Assembly: GCA_964016885.1 (NCBI GenBank) | Contig: OZ024750.1 | Coordinates: 28,954,001 to 29,018,000 of the forward strand | DNA: 64,000 bases | DNA from: Eledone cirrhosa | Lineage: Eukaryota | Direction of reading: 5' to 3' | Shown: piece after piece, positions 40,560 to 53,528 of the stretch | Layout: every line of letters starts with the position of its first letter | Numbering within the stretch: the stretch's first letter is position 1 | Made by a program: the position numbers and the translations under genes | The notes under the pieces: model-generated | What the model was told of the DNA's origin: nothing | The model's database searches: none | What the model saw: only the letters and a program-made list of their open reading frames with translations

Positions 40560-40772
40560 CAAAAAAAGTATCCAGTCCACCCTGTAAGATGGTTGTGCTG
40601 GTGACACAACAAAAGCTCCCAGTCCATCCAGTAAGATGATTGTGTTGGTGACACAACAAAAGGCTCCCAGTCCACCCTGTAAGGTGGTTGTGCTGGTGAC
40701 ACAACAAAAAGCTCCCAGTCCACACTGTAAGATGGTTGTGCTGAACAAAAAAGGTTCCCAGTCCACCCTGTA
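40560..40772. repeat. Short ~48-bp array of the retroposon module
   Basis: cccagtccaccctgtaaggtggttgtgctggtgacacaacaaaa, about 4-5 copies. Confidence 0.85.
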
Positions 40773-40985
40773 AAATACACACTCACAGACATACTTTCAC
40801 ACAAACACTCACACACAACGTAGTTTTTTTCATTATCCCCTTCCTTCCTTTTACACGCACACATATTCATGCAGGCAGCAGACATAAAGAAAGAGGAGTA
40901 GTATGAGGTAGTCAAACTACTCCTCTCTCTTTACGTGTTGTGACAGAATCTCAGAAATTTATATATTTCTTCCATGTTTGTTTAG

Positions 40986-41098
40986 GTGGCTCATCCTGAC
41001 GGCAAGAATATCCATGTTGACTGGGAGAGGTATCGTGTGTTTGATAAAGAAGTTGTACAGATGTTCCTTTCCATGATCAAGTCTGCAGATTCTGCCAG
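40986..41098 (+). CDS. TOP3B: TOP3B exon 6
   Basis: VAHPDGKNIHVDWERYRVFDKEVVQMFLSMIKSADSA(R). Confidence 0.93.
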
Positions 41099-41309
41099 GT
41101 TTGTTGAATTCCCTTTAATTCAGAATTTCGTCAATATGTAATATAAATTTATTACAATTGAATTATTTAGTATTCTGGTTGGGTTTCATCCTCATTACTG
41201 AGGGTCAGAGACCGTGGATAAACTAGATGTCCTCAATTCTCATTGGGAAAAAAAATGACATTAGTTGGGTCCCAAATCCTCATCAGACCATTACTCAGAA
41301 GTTGGCTAC

Positions 41310-41367
41310 TCAGAGTAGATGGGACCCCTTACTCACCAAGGTGAGTAAGGGGTCCCATCTACTCTGA
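41310..41367. repeat. Perfect 28-bp hairpin with 2-nt loop
   Basis: tcagagtagatgggaccccttactcacc-aa-ggtgagtaaggggtcccatctactctga. Confidence 0.95.
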
Positions 41368-41886
41368 TTTTGAAATCAGAGTGATCTTTCTTCGAGATAG
41401 ACTACCAACCAAGGCTAGCAAGCTCTGTCTACCTGTTTGTTTTTACACACTATTGGATGGCTGTTCACTCTTCTGAGTCCCTATGTCATTTGAGCAAGCT
41501 CGGTGGGGTTGCTGGTTTAGTTGCCGACGACCCAACTATGTGACAGGTAGTATTGGGTTACATGTTACCAGTAGTGCTCAAGAGTAACCTGATTATGTTT
41601 AGTATTCAATAATAGTAATATATATATATATATATAATAATAATAAAAGGACGATTTGTTATGTCTTCATTACATTTATTGGTTGGCGAAGTGCGTTTTG
41701 CTATTGGTTCGATCAAGGTTCGATCTGGACCAACGCTGGAATCAAACGCTCGTCGGACCTCTGCTGTGGTAATGACAGAATGAACATTTACACTCTGTTT
41801 AGCTCTACACCTCGTTACAGAAGTGAATCTAAGCATTGAGTGCTCGCCTGGGTGAACTTACAGTAACTGCATGCTACACTCCCTAG

Positions 41887-41935
<49 letters not shown>

Positions 41936-42298
41936 TAGATAGATATATATAGTGGTTGTGTAGGTATCATGACAAAAAGCACCTAGTCAACACTGTATAT
42001 GGTTGGCTTTAGGAAAGGGCATCCAGCCATAGAAACCAAGCCAGAATCAGTTCTGTATGAGCAAGTCATGGTCACCTGATCTGACTTGTCTAACCCATAC
42101 TAGCATGGAAAAATGGATGTTTAAATGGTGATGATGATATAGGTTATATTTGGTATTTATTAATAGTAAAAAAAATAGATTTCTTCATACTGTTTATTAA
42201 ATATTTTCTTAGTTTAGCTTGTTACAGTTTTATTTGTAATCAGTATCAAAAGAAAATACATTATAAGCTTGACTTTATTCTGTTTTTCCTTTTCTCAG

Positions 42299-42390
42299 AG
42301 TGTATGACGTGATTAAGAAGGAAAAGACGAAAGCTCATCCCCAGGCTTTAAACACAGTTGAGATGCTTCGGATTGCAAGTTCTGCGTTGG
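42299..42390 (+). CDS. TOP3B: TOP3B exon 7
   Basis: VYDVIKKEKTKAHPQALNTVEMLRIASSAL(G). Confidence 0.94.
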
Positions 42391-42516
42391 GTAAAATTCT
42401 ATTTATAGTAAAACTTACTCAGTGAGTAACATTAATATTTAAGGAACAATTAGAAGTAAAAGTACAAAATTTTATTGCAAATTAATGTTGTGTTTCCTAC
42501 CATTTCTTTTCTGTAG

Positions 42517-42625
42517 GCATGAGTCCCCATCATACCATGCAAATTGCTGAAAGACTTTATACTCAAGGTTACATCAGTTACCCGAGAACAGAAACGACAC
42601 ATTATCCTGCAACCTTTGACCTCGT
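42517..42625 (+). CDS. TOP3B: TOP3B exon 8 (catalytic tyrosine)
   Basis: [35 protein letters not shown]. Confidence 0.97.
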
Positions 42626-43288
42626 GTAAGAAAATATAACCATAACTAAAAAAAAAAACTATTAAAAAATAATCGTCCTCGTCTCCTCTGCATATTAATT
42701 TTCAGCCAGGGTTTGCAACTGACAGATAGTGTCACCAATGGCAACATAGTTTCCTTGGTTTGATCTGATGATTGGTTCCTTTCCTTTTTTTTACCTTTGC
42801 CACTTATTCCTGAGAGGGTGATGGGGACAGTGTTCTCACCTACCACTGGGACCTGTCAGTAACAGCCGTCTCCTATTGATCCAGAGAACAGGATAAACTG
42901 AAGCAAGTACAGTTGAAACCCATAAGACTGGAGTTTAGCCAATGCATCGGTCTGGGACCTGAGAAGCCAAGGACGGGCCCATGAATATTTGAGAAAAGCT
43001 CCCTCCCTTCCCTGTTCAAAAGCAGGCTTGATCTGCATTGCATTTCTCACAGAAGTGCTGAGCATAGTTACATTCATTGGCTATAGAAAATTTACTCTCT
43101 AGGTCATGTTGTCATAAAGCCATTTTAATCCTGTAGCTCATGCAAATATCTGAATTGCAGGGCCATCTAACCCATATTGTTAAAAATACGAGGGTGGTAA
43201 GTTAAGAAAATATGTACCAGTCATATTCTGGCAATAAAGTTAAAAACTGTTAATAATTTCTTATTTATCTTTATAATATTGAATTACT

Positions 43289-46200
43289 TATATTTTGGGA
43301 TGTCCCACTGGATGGGCAAGGATAGGATTGTAGTATTTTGGGATGTTCTACTGGATGGGCAAGGATAGGATTGTAGTATTTTGGGATGTTCCACTGGATG
43401 GGCAAGGATAGGATTGTAGTATTTTGGGATGTCCCACTGGATGGCCAAGGATAGGATTGTAGTATTTTGGGATGTTCTACTGGATGGGCAAGGATAGGAT
43501 TGTAGTATTTTGGGATGTTCCACTGGATGGGCAAGGATAGGATTGTAGTATTTTGGGATGTCCCACTGGATGGCCAAGGATAGGATTGTAGTATTTTGGG
43601 ATGTCCCACTGGATGGCCAAGGATAGGATTGTAATATTTTGGGATGTCCCACTGGATGGGCAAGGATAGGATTGTAGTATTTTGGGATGTTCCACTGGAT
43701 GGGCAAGGATAGGATTGTAGTATTTTGGGATGTTCCACTGGATGGGCAAGGATAGGATTGTAATATTTTGGGATGTTCCACTGGATGGGCAAGGATAGGA
43801 TTGTAATATTTTGGGATGTCCCACTGGATGGGCAAGGATAGGATTGTAATATTTTGGGATGTTCCACTGGATGGGCAAGGATAGGATTGTAATATTTTGG
43901 GATGTTCCACTGGATGGGCAAGGATAGGATTGTAGTATTTTGGGATGTTCCACTGGATGGGCAAGGATAGGATTGTAATATTTTGGGATGTTCCACTGGA
44001 TGGGCAAGGATAGGATTGTAGTATTTTGGGATGTTCCACTGGATGGGCAAGGATAGGATTGTAGTATTTTGGGATGTTCCACTGGATGGGCAAGGATAGG
44101 ATTGTAATATTTTGGGATGTTCCACTGGATGGGCAAGGATAGGATTGTAATATTTTGGGATGTTCCACTGGATGGGCAAGGAAAGGATTGTAGTATTTTG
44201 GGATGTTCCACTGGATGGGCAAGGATAGGATTGTAATATTTTGGGATGTCCCACTGGATGGGCAAGGATAGGATTGTAGTATTTTGGGATGTTCCACTGG
44301 ATGGGCAAGGATAGGATTGTAATATTTTGGGATGTTCCACTGGATGGGCAAGGATAGGATTGTAGTATTTTGGGATGTCCCACTGGATGGGCAAGGATAG
44401 GATTGTAGTATTTTGGGATGTCCCACTGGATGGGCAAGGATAGGATTGTAGTATTTTGGGATGTCCCACTGGATGGGCAAGGATAGGATTGTAATATTTT
44501 GGGATGTCCCACTGGATGGCCAAGGATAGGATTGTAGTATTTTGGGATGTCCCACTGGATGGGCAAGGATAGGATTGTAGTATTTTGGGATGTTCCACTG
44601 GATGGGCAAGGATAGGATTGTAGTATTTTGGGATGTCCCACTGGATGGGCAAGGATAGGATTGTAATATTTTGGGATGTCCCACTGGATGGGCAAGGATA
44701 GGATTGTAGTATTTTGGGATGTTCCACTGGATGGCCAAGGATAGGATTGTAGTATTTTGGGATGTCCCACTGGATGGGCAAGGATAGGATTGTAGTATTT
44801 TGGGATGTTCCACTGGATGGCCAAGGATAGGATTGTAGTATTTTGGGATGTTCCACTGGATGGCCAAGGATAGGATTGTAGTATTTTGGGATGTCCCACT
44901 GGATGGGCAAGGATAGGATTGTAATATTTTGGGATGTCCCACTGGATGGGCAAGGATAGGATTGTAATATTTTGGGATGTCCCACTGGATGGGCAAGGAT
45001 AGGATTGTAATATTTTGGGATGTTCCACTGGATGGGCAAGGATAGGATTGTAGTATTTTGGGATGTCCCACTGGATGGGCAAGGATAGGATTGTAGTATT
45101 TTGGGATGTCCCACTGGATGGGCAAGGATAGGATTGTAGTATTTTGGGATGTTCCACTGGATGGGCAAGGATAGGATTGTAATATTTTGGGATGTCCCAC
45201 TGGATGGCCAAGGATAGGATTGTAGTATTTTGGGATGTTCCACTGGATGGCCAAGGATAGGATTGTAGTATTTTGGGATGTCCCACTGGATGGGCAAGGA
45301 TAGGATTGTAGTATTTTGGGATGTTCCACTGGATGGGCAAGGATAGGATTGTAGTATTTTGGGATGTTCCACTGGATGGGCAAGGATAGGATTGTAATAT
45401 TTTGGGATGTCCCACTGGATGGCCAAGGATAGGATTGTAGTATTTTGGGATGTTCCACTGGATGGCCAAGGATAGGATTGTAGTATTTTGGGATGTTCCA
45501 CTGGATGGCCAAGGATAGGATTGTAGTATTTTGGGATGTCCCACTGGATGGGCAAGGATAGGATTGTAGTATTTTGGGATGTCCCACTGGATGGGCAAGG
45601 ATAGGATTGTAGTATTTTGGGATGTTCCACTGGATGGGCAAGGATAGGATTGTAATATTTTGGGATGTCCCACTGGATGGCCAAGGATAGGATTGTAGTA
45701 TTTTGGGATGTTCCACTGGATGGCCAAGGATAGGATTGTAGTATTTTGGGATGTTCCACTGGATGGCCAAGGATAGGATTGTAGTATTTTGGGATGTTCC
45801 ACTGGATGGCCAAGGATAGGATTGTAGTATTTTGGGATGTCCCACTGGATGGCCAAGGATAGGATTGTAGTATTTTGGGATGTCCCACTGGATGGGCAAG
45901 GATAGGATTGTAATATTTTGGGATGTCCCACTGGATGGGCAAGGATAGGATTGTAGTATTTTGGGATGTTCCACTGGATGGGCAAGGATAGGATTGTAAT
46001 ATTTTGGGATGTCCCACTGGATGGGCAAGGATAGGATTGTAGTATTTTGGGATGTTCCACTGGATGGGCAAGGATAGGATTGTAATATTTTGGGATGTCC
46101 CACTGGATGGGCAAGGATAGGATTGTAATATTTTGGGATGTTCCACTGGATGGGCAAGGATAGGATTGTAATATTTTGGGATGTTCCACTGGATGGGCAA

Positions 46201-49142
46201 GGATAGGATTGTAATATTTTGGGATGTTCCACTGGATGGGCAAGGATAGGATTGTAATATTTTGGGATGTTCCACTGGATGGGCAAGGATAGGATTGTAA
46301 TATTTTGGGATGTTCCACTGGATGGGCAAGGATAGGATTGTAATATTTTGGGATGTCCCACTGGATGGGCAAGGATAGGATTGTAATATTTTGGGATGTC
46401 CCACTGGATGGGCAAGGATAGGATTGTAATATTTTGGGATGTTCCACTGGATGGGCAAGGATAGGATTGTAATATTTTGGGATGTTCCACTGGATGGGCA
46501 AGGATAGGATTGTAATATTTTGGGATGTTCCACTGGATGGGCAAGGATAGGATTGTAATATTTTGGGATGTTCCACTGGATGGGCAAGGATCGGATTGTA
46601 ATATTTTGGGATGTCCCACTGGATGGGCAAGGATAGGATTGTAATATTTTGGGATGTTCCACTGGATGGGCAAGGATAGGATTGTAATATTTTGGGATGT
46701 TCCACTGGATGGGCAAGGATAGGATTGTAGTATTTTGAGATGTTCCACTGGATGGGCAAGGATAGGATTGTAATATTTTGGGATGTCCCACTGGATGGGC
46801 AAGGATAGGATTGTAGTATTTTGGGATGTTCCACTGGATGGCCAAGGATAGGATTGTAGTATTTTGGGATGTCCCACTGGATGGGCAAGGATAGGATTGT
46901 AGTATTTTGGGATGTTCCACTGGATGGGCAAGGATAGGATTGTAATATTTTGGGATGTTCCACTGGATGGGCAAGGATAGGATTGTAATATTTTGGGATG
47001 TCCCACTGGATGGGCAAGGATAGGATTGTAGTATTTTGGGATGTTCCACTGGATGGGCAAGGATAGGATTGTAATATTTTGGGATGTTCCACTGGATGGG
47101 CAAGGATAGGATTGTAATATTTTGGGATGTCCCACTGGATGGGCAAGGATAGGATTGTAGTATTTTGGGATGTTCCACTGGATGGGCAAGGATAGGATTG
47201 TAATATTTTGGGATGTTCCACTGGATGGGCAAGGATAGGATTGTAGTATTTTGGGATGTTCCACTGGATGGGCAAGGATAGGATTGTAATATTTTGGGAT
47301 GTTCCACTGGATGGGCAAGGATAGGATTGTAATATTTTGGGATGTTCCACTGGATGGGCAAGGATAGGATTGTAGTATTTTGGGATGTTCCACTGGATGG
47401 CCAAGGATAGGATTGTAGTATTTTGGGATGTTCCACTGGATGGCCAAGGATAGGATTGTAGTATTTTGGGATGTTCCACTGGATGGCCAAGGATAGGATT
47501 GTAGTATTTTGGGATGTTCCACTGGATGGGCAAGGATAGGATTGTAATATTTTGGGATGTCCCACTGGATGGCCAAGGATAGGATTGTAATATTTTGGGA
47601 TGTCCCACTGGATGGGCAAGGATAGGATTGTAGTATTTTGGGATGTTCCACTGGATGGGCAAGGATAGGATTGTAGTATTTTGGGATGTTACACTGGATG
47701 GGCAAGGATAGGATTGTAGTATTTTGGGATGTTCCACTGGATGGGCAAGGATAGGATTGTAGTATTTTGGGATGTCCCACTGGATGGGCAAGGATAGGAT
47801 TGTAGTATTTTGGGATGTTCCACTGGATGGGCAAGGATAGGATTGTAGTATTTTGGGATGTTCCACTGGATGGGCAAGGATAGGATTGTAGTATTTTGGG
47901 ATGTTCCACTGGATGGGCAAGGATAGGATTGTAGTATTTTGGGATGTTCCACTGGATGGGCAAGGATAGGATTGTAGTATTTTGGGATGTTCCACTGGAT
48001 GGGCAAGGATAGGATTGTAGTATTTTGGGATGTTCCACTGGATGGGCAAGGATAGGATTGTAGTATTTTGGGATGTTCCACTGGATGGGCAAGGATAGGA
48101 TTGTAATATTTTGGGATGTCCCACTGGATGGGCAAGGATAGGATTGTAATATTTTGGGATGTCCCACTGGATGGGCAAGGATAGGATTGTAGTATTTTGG
48201 GATGTTCCACTGGATGGGCAAGGATAGGATTGTAGTATTTTGGGATGTTCCACTGGATGGGCAAGGATAGGATTGTAGTATTTTGGGATGTTCCACTGGA
48301 TGGGCAAGGATAGGATTGTAGTATTTTGGGATGTTCCACTGGATGGGCAAGGATAGGATTGTAGTATTTTGGGATGTCCCACTGGATGGGCAAGGATAGG
48401 ATTGTAGTATTTTGGGATGTTCCACTGGATGGGCAAGGATAGGATTGTAGTATTTTGGGATGTTCCACTGGATGGGCAAGGATAGGATTGTAGTATTTTG
48501 GGATGTCCCACTGGATGGGCAAGGATAGGATTGTAGTATTTTGGGATGTCCCACTGGATGGGCAAGGATAGGATTGTAGTATTTTGGGATGTTCCACTGG
48601 ATGGGCAAGGATAGGATTGTAGTATTTTGGGATGTCCCACTGGATGGGCAAGGATAGGATTGTAGTATTTTGGGATGTCCCACTGGATGGGCAAGGATAG
48701 GATTGTAATATTTTGGGATGTCCCACTGGATGGGCAAGGATAGGATTGTAGTATTTTGAGATGTCCCACTGGATGGGCAAGGATAGGATTGTAGTATTTT
48801 GGGATGTCCCACTGGATGGGCAAGGATAGGATTGTAGTATTTTGAGATGTCCCACTGGATGGGCAAGGATAGGATTGTAGTATTTTGGGATGTCCCACTG
48901 GATGGGCAAGGATAGGATTGTAATATTTTGGGATGTCCCACTGGATGGGCAAGGATAGGATTGTAGTATTTTGAGATGTCCCACTGGATGGGCAAGGATA
49001 GGATTGTAGTATTTTGGGATGTTCCACTGGATGGGCAAGGATAGGATTGTAGTATTTTGGGATGTTCTACTGGATGGGCAAGGATAGGATTGTAGTATTT
49101 TGGGATGTTCTACTGGATGGGCAAGGATAGGATTGTAGTATT
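43289..49142. repeat. 43-bp minisatellite, about 136 copies, TOP3B intron 8
   Basis: tattttgggatgt(t/c)ccactggatgg(g/c)caaggataggattgta(g/a); source of the 1918/1903/1380-aa pseudo-ORFs. Confidence 0.98.
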
Positions 49143-49223
49143 TCTATTAGTTTCATTACTTAACAACTTCTAGTGTTTCATTTCTATCAGTTTCTTGTCT
49201 TATCTGATTATTTTCTATTACAG

Positions 49224-49307
49224 GAGTACACTACGGCAGCAAACCAACAGCTCCCAGTGGGGTACCTACGTTAAAGATATTTTAAAACAAGGAATTCAGA
49301 AACCAAG
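49224..49307 (+). CDS. TOP3B: TOP3B exon 9
   Basis: STLRQQTNSSQWGTYVKDILKQGIQKP(R). Confidence 0.93.
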
Positions 49308-49359
49308 GTATGCTTTTATTTTTTTAATATATCCACTCTCCCATCACTGCCTCCCAGAC

Positions 49360-50025
49360 AGGCTAATGGTACTACTAGTACTGTAGTATGGTAGTGAGGT
49401 ACTAATGGTACCAATAGTACCATAGTTTTGTAATGAGGTAGTAATGGTACAACTAGCACCATAGTGTTGCAATGAGGTACTAATGGTACAACTAGCACCA
49501 TAGTATGGTAATGAGGTAGTAATGGTACAACTAGCACCATAGTATGGTAATGAGGTAGTAATGGTACAACTAGCACCATAGTATGGTAATGAGGTAGTAA
49601 TGGTACAACTAGCACCATAGTATGGTAATGAGGTAGTAATGGTACAACTAGCACCATAGTGTTGCAATGAGGTACTAATGGTACAACTAGCACCATAGTA
49701 TGGTAATGAGGTACTAATGGTACAACTAGCACCATAGTATGGTAATGAGGTAGTAATGGTACAACTAGCACCATAGTGTTGCAATGAGGTACTAATGGTA
49801 CAACTAGCACCATAGTATGGTAATGAGGTACTAATGGTGCCAATGGAACAACTAGTACCATAGTATTGTAACGAGGTACTAATGGTACCAGTGGCACTAC
49901 TAACACCATAGTATGGTAATGAGATACTAATGGTACCAATAGTACTACTAGCACCATAATATGGTAATGAGGTTCTAATGGTACTACTAGTATCATAGTG
50001 TTGTAATGAGGTTCTAATGGTACCA
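49360..50025. repeat. 39-bp minisatellite, TOP3B intron 9
   Basis: tagcaccatagtatggtaatgaggtagtaatggtacaac. Confidence 0.93.
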
Positions 50026-50150
50026 ATGAACTGACAAATAATTGAAACCAGTAAAAGAATGTATTTCATTTATTTATAATTTGTTCACTTCTATTGTTTT
50101 CTTTCTACATCCATTTTAATATAAACCAAATATTAACCTTGTCTTTTCAG

Positions 50151-50271
50151 GAAAGGTCATGATGCTGGTGATCACCCCCCTATTACTCCAATGAAAGGGG
50201 CCAGTGAAAGTGAATTAGGCCATGATGCATGGAAACTATATGAATATATTGCACAGCATTTTATAGCAACT
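50151..50271 (+). CDS. TOP3B: TOP3B exon 10
   Basis: KGHDAGDHPPITPMKGASESELGHDAWKLYEYIAQHFIAT. Confidence 0.96.
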
Positions 50272-50354
50272 GTAAGTATTTAGATAAGGTGGGGAGGGGC
50301 GTGTTACTGCTTTTTATTACTTACAAATATAAATATTCATTTTATTTATATGTT

Positions 50355-51995
50355 GGTTTACAATAGGTACACTGTATCCCTGTGTGTATCTAGTTTACAA
50401 TAGGTACACTGTATCCCTGTGTCTACCTGGTTTACAATAGGTACACTGTATCCCTGTGTCTACCTGGTTTACAATAGGTACACTGTATCCCTGTGTCTAC
50501 CTGGTTTACAATAGGTACACTGTATCCCTGTGTCTACCTGGTTTACAATAGCTACATTGTATCCCTGTGTGTACCTGGTTTACAATAGGTACACTGTATC
50601 CCTGTGTCTACCTGGTTTACAATAGGTACACTGTATCCCTGTGTCTACCTGGTTTACAATAGGTACACTGTATCCCTGTGTCTACCTGGTTTACAATAGG
50701 TACACTGTATCCCTGTGTCTACCTGGTTTACAATAGGTACACTGTATCCCTGTGTCTACCTGGTTTACAATAGGTACACTGTATCCCTGTGTCTACCTGG
50801 TTTACAATAGCTACACTGTATCCCTGTGTGTACCTGGTTTACAATAGTTACACTGTATCCCTGTGTCTACCTGGTTTACAATAGGTACACTGTATCCCTG
50901 TGTATATCTAGTTTACAATAGGTACACTGTATCCCTGTGTCTACCTGGTTTACAATAGCTACACTGTATCCCTGTGTGTACCTGGTTTACAATAGGTACA
51001 CTGTATCCCTGTGTCTACCTGGTTTACAATAGGTACACTATCCCTGTGTCTACCTGGTTTACAATAGGTACACTGTATCCCTGTGTCTACCTGGTTTACA
51101 ATAGGTACACTGTATCCCTGTGTCTACCTGGTTTACAATAGCTACACTATCCCTGTGTGTACCTGGTTTACAATAGGTACACTGTATCCCTGTGTCTACC
51201 TGGTTTACAATAGTTACACTGCATCCCTGTGTGTATCTGGTTTAGAGCAGGTACACTGTATCCTTGCATATATCTGGTTTAGAGCAGGTACACTGTATCC
51301 CTGTGTGTATCTGGTTTAGAGCTGGTACACTGTATCCCTGTGTGTATCTGCTTTAGAGCAGGTACACTGTATCCCTGTGTGTATCTGGTTTAGAACTGGT
51401 ACACTATCCTTGTGTGTATCTGGTTTAGAGCAGGTACACTGTATCCCTGTGTGTATCTGCTTTAGAGCTGGTACAGTATCCCTGTGTGTATCTGGTTTAG
51501 AGCTGGTACACTATCCCTGCGTGTATCTGGTTTAGAGCTGGTACAGTATCCCTGTGTGTATCTGGTTTAGAGCTGGTACAGTATCCCTGTGTGTATCTGC
51601 TTTAGAGCAGGTACACTGTATCCCTGTGTGTATCTGGTTTAGAGCTGGTACAGTATCCCTGTGTGTATCTGGTTTAGAGCTGGTACAGTATCCCTGTGTG
51701 TATCTGGTTTAGAGCTGGTACACTATCCCTGCGTGTATCTGGTTTAGAGCTGGTACAGTATCCCTGCGTGTATCTGCTTTAGAGCAGGTACACTGTATCC
51801 CTGTGTGTATCTGGTTTAGAGCAGGTACACTGTATCCCTGTGTGTATCTGGTTTAGAGCTGGTACAGTATCCCTGTGTGTATCTGGTTTAGAGCTGGTAC
51901 AGTATCCCTGTGTGTATCTGGTTTGGAGCTGGTACAGTATCCCTGTGTGTATCTGGTTTGGAGCTGGTACAGTATCCCTGCGTGTATCTGGTTTG
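50355..51995. repeat. 37/35-bp minisatellite, TOP3B intron 10
   Basis: ggtttacaataggtacactgtatccctgtgtctacct switching at about 51240 to ggtttagagctggtacagtatccctgtgtgtatct. Confidence 0.95.
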
Positions 51996-52338
51996 GAATA
52001 GCAACACTGTCTCTATGATGCCTATGCACGATACTGCATGGTAGTGGGACATAGTATGCAAAAGCTGTAGTGGGCATGCTTCGATGGATATGCAGTGTTA
52101 ACGTGTATGAATGATGAAGCATAGATGCACTAAGAGAATAACTGTATAAGAGGAATTAGATGTAGTGTGCAGGTGAGAAGACTGCACTGGTATGAACATG
52201 TGATGCCTATGGATGATGATCGCTGGGTAAAGAAGTGTCAAGAAATCTCAAGTTTCTTGTACTTTAGTAAAGCAAATCTTTTAAAATTTTCATGTAGCAT
52301 ATCAGATATTAATAAATAATTTTCAATATTTCTTATAG

Positions 52339-52521
52339 GTCTCTCCCGATTGTCGGTATATGCAAACAACAATTTATTTTGAAATTGGCCAAGAGAAGTT
52401 TACCTGTACCGGTAATATACTCACTGACCCTGGCTACACTACAATTATGACATGGCAAGCTATAACAGATGATGAGGAATTGCCACCATTTGTCATAGGA
52501 GAAAGTTACAGTGTTTCAGAA
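52339..52521 (+). CDS. TOP3B: TOP3B exon 11
   Basis: VSPDCRYMQTTIYFEIGQEKFTCTG...GESYSVSE|gtaagg. Confidence 0.95.
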
Positions 52522-52732
52522 GTAAGGACATTTTAGAAAATATTCCCAATTTCCTCCTGAAGAAATTTGTTTGTTGACAAAATTCAGCGTGCTAAAGGTT
52601 AATTGACAGTGAGACTATATATATGTTTATTATACATACTCATATTGTATACAAGTCCATATATGTCTTTATATTTATTTTGTTGTTTTGTAGTAAATAG
52701 GTTTGAAATGTAATTTCTTGTTCTCCATTTAG

Positions 52733-52942
52733 GTGCGGCTTGCTGAACGTCAGACTGGTCCTCCTGACTATTTGACCGAAAGTGAGTTGATTACATTGAT
52801 GGAGAAACATGGCATTGGTACAGATGCCAGCATTCCAGTTCACATCAATAACATATGTGAGCGGAACTATGTTCAAATTATATCAGGTCGTAAACTAAAA
52901 CCAACCACCTTGGGTATTGTGTTGGTACATGGCTATCAGAAG
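52733..52942 (+). CDS. TOP3B: TOP3B exon 12
   Basis: VRLAERQTGPPDYLTESELITLMEKHGIGTDASIPVHINNIC...VHGYQK. Confidence 0.97.
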
Positions 52943-53330
52943 GTAAAACTCTATAAACTAACTTTTTTTATAAATCACTTTACTCTTTAGCATTTAATCC
53001 GGCTAGAATTCGCTCACCTCTTTATCTTTAAACCAGCTGCTCATACTAATGTTACAGTATTGTTCTCAAAATAAATAATATCAAAATCTCATAGATTCGA
53101 TGTTATGTGAGGTAAAGTTTTTACCATGAAAATACAATAGTAAATATAAAGTAATGTAAATGCTTAAGGGTTAAAACACTTTAAATATCCAAATAATAAA
53201 ACTCATGATAATTTCAAAACTGCGCCATCTAAACATGTTTTGATTACCTACCTGCCTTGGCTTATACATAGGGTTTGGATTTTTGCCTATTTCTCAAACA
53301 TAAAATAGGAGGTTGGCTTATATTCAAGTA

Positions 53331-53493
53331 TACAGGTAAAATTCTGTTATAACAAATACCATTATAACAAAATTTTTTTCAATCCTTGACGTATAACAAA
53401 CAAACGATCTTGTTATAAAGAATTTTTCCATTACAGCGATTTTTTTTTTTTTCTTTATACACTGTCAAATTCGTTATAACGGAATTTCACATA
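53331..53493. mobile_element. Small TIR element (Tc1/pogo-like MITE)
   Basis: aaattctgttataac ... gttataacggaattt inverted ends. Confidence 0.55.
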
Positions 53494-53528
53494 ACCAATT
53501 TCACTCATACTGTTTCTTAATTTCTTAG

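Noticed and set aside
42700-43080. GC-richer unique segment in TOP3B intron 8 as snoRNA or antisense exon
   Set aside because: No convincing C/D or H/ACA box arrangement and no recognisable peptide
43271-49038. 1918-, 1903-, 1380- and 449-aa minus-strand ORFs
   Set aside because: Translations of a 43-bp satellite lacking stops on one strand; all three frames give the same 43-aa cycle, and it lies antisense within a TOP3B intron
30170-49142. Possible inverted homology between the 41-bp and 43-bp arrays forming long pre-mRNA duplexes
   Set aside because: Only short shared words (e.g. tattacaat, aacat) in compositionally biased sequence; not enough to claim homology
49316-50069. 236/241-aa repetitive ORFs
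   Set aside because: 39-bp intronic minisatellite
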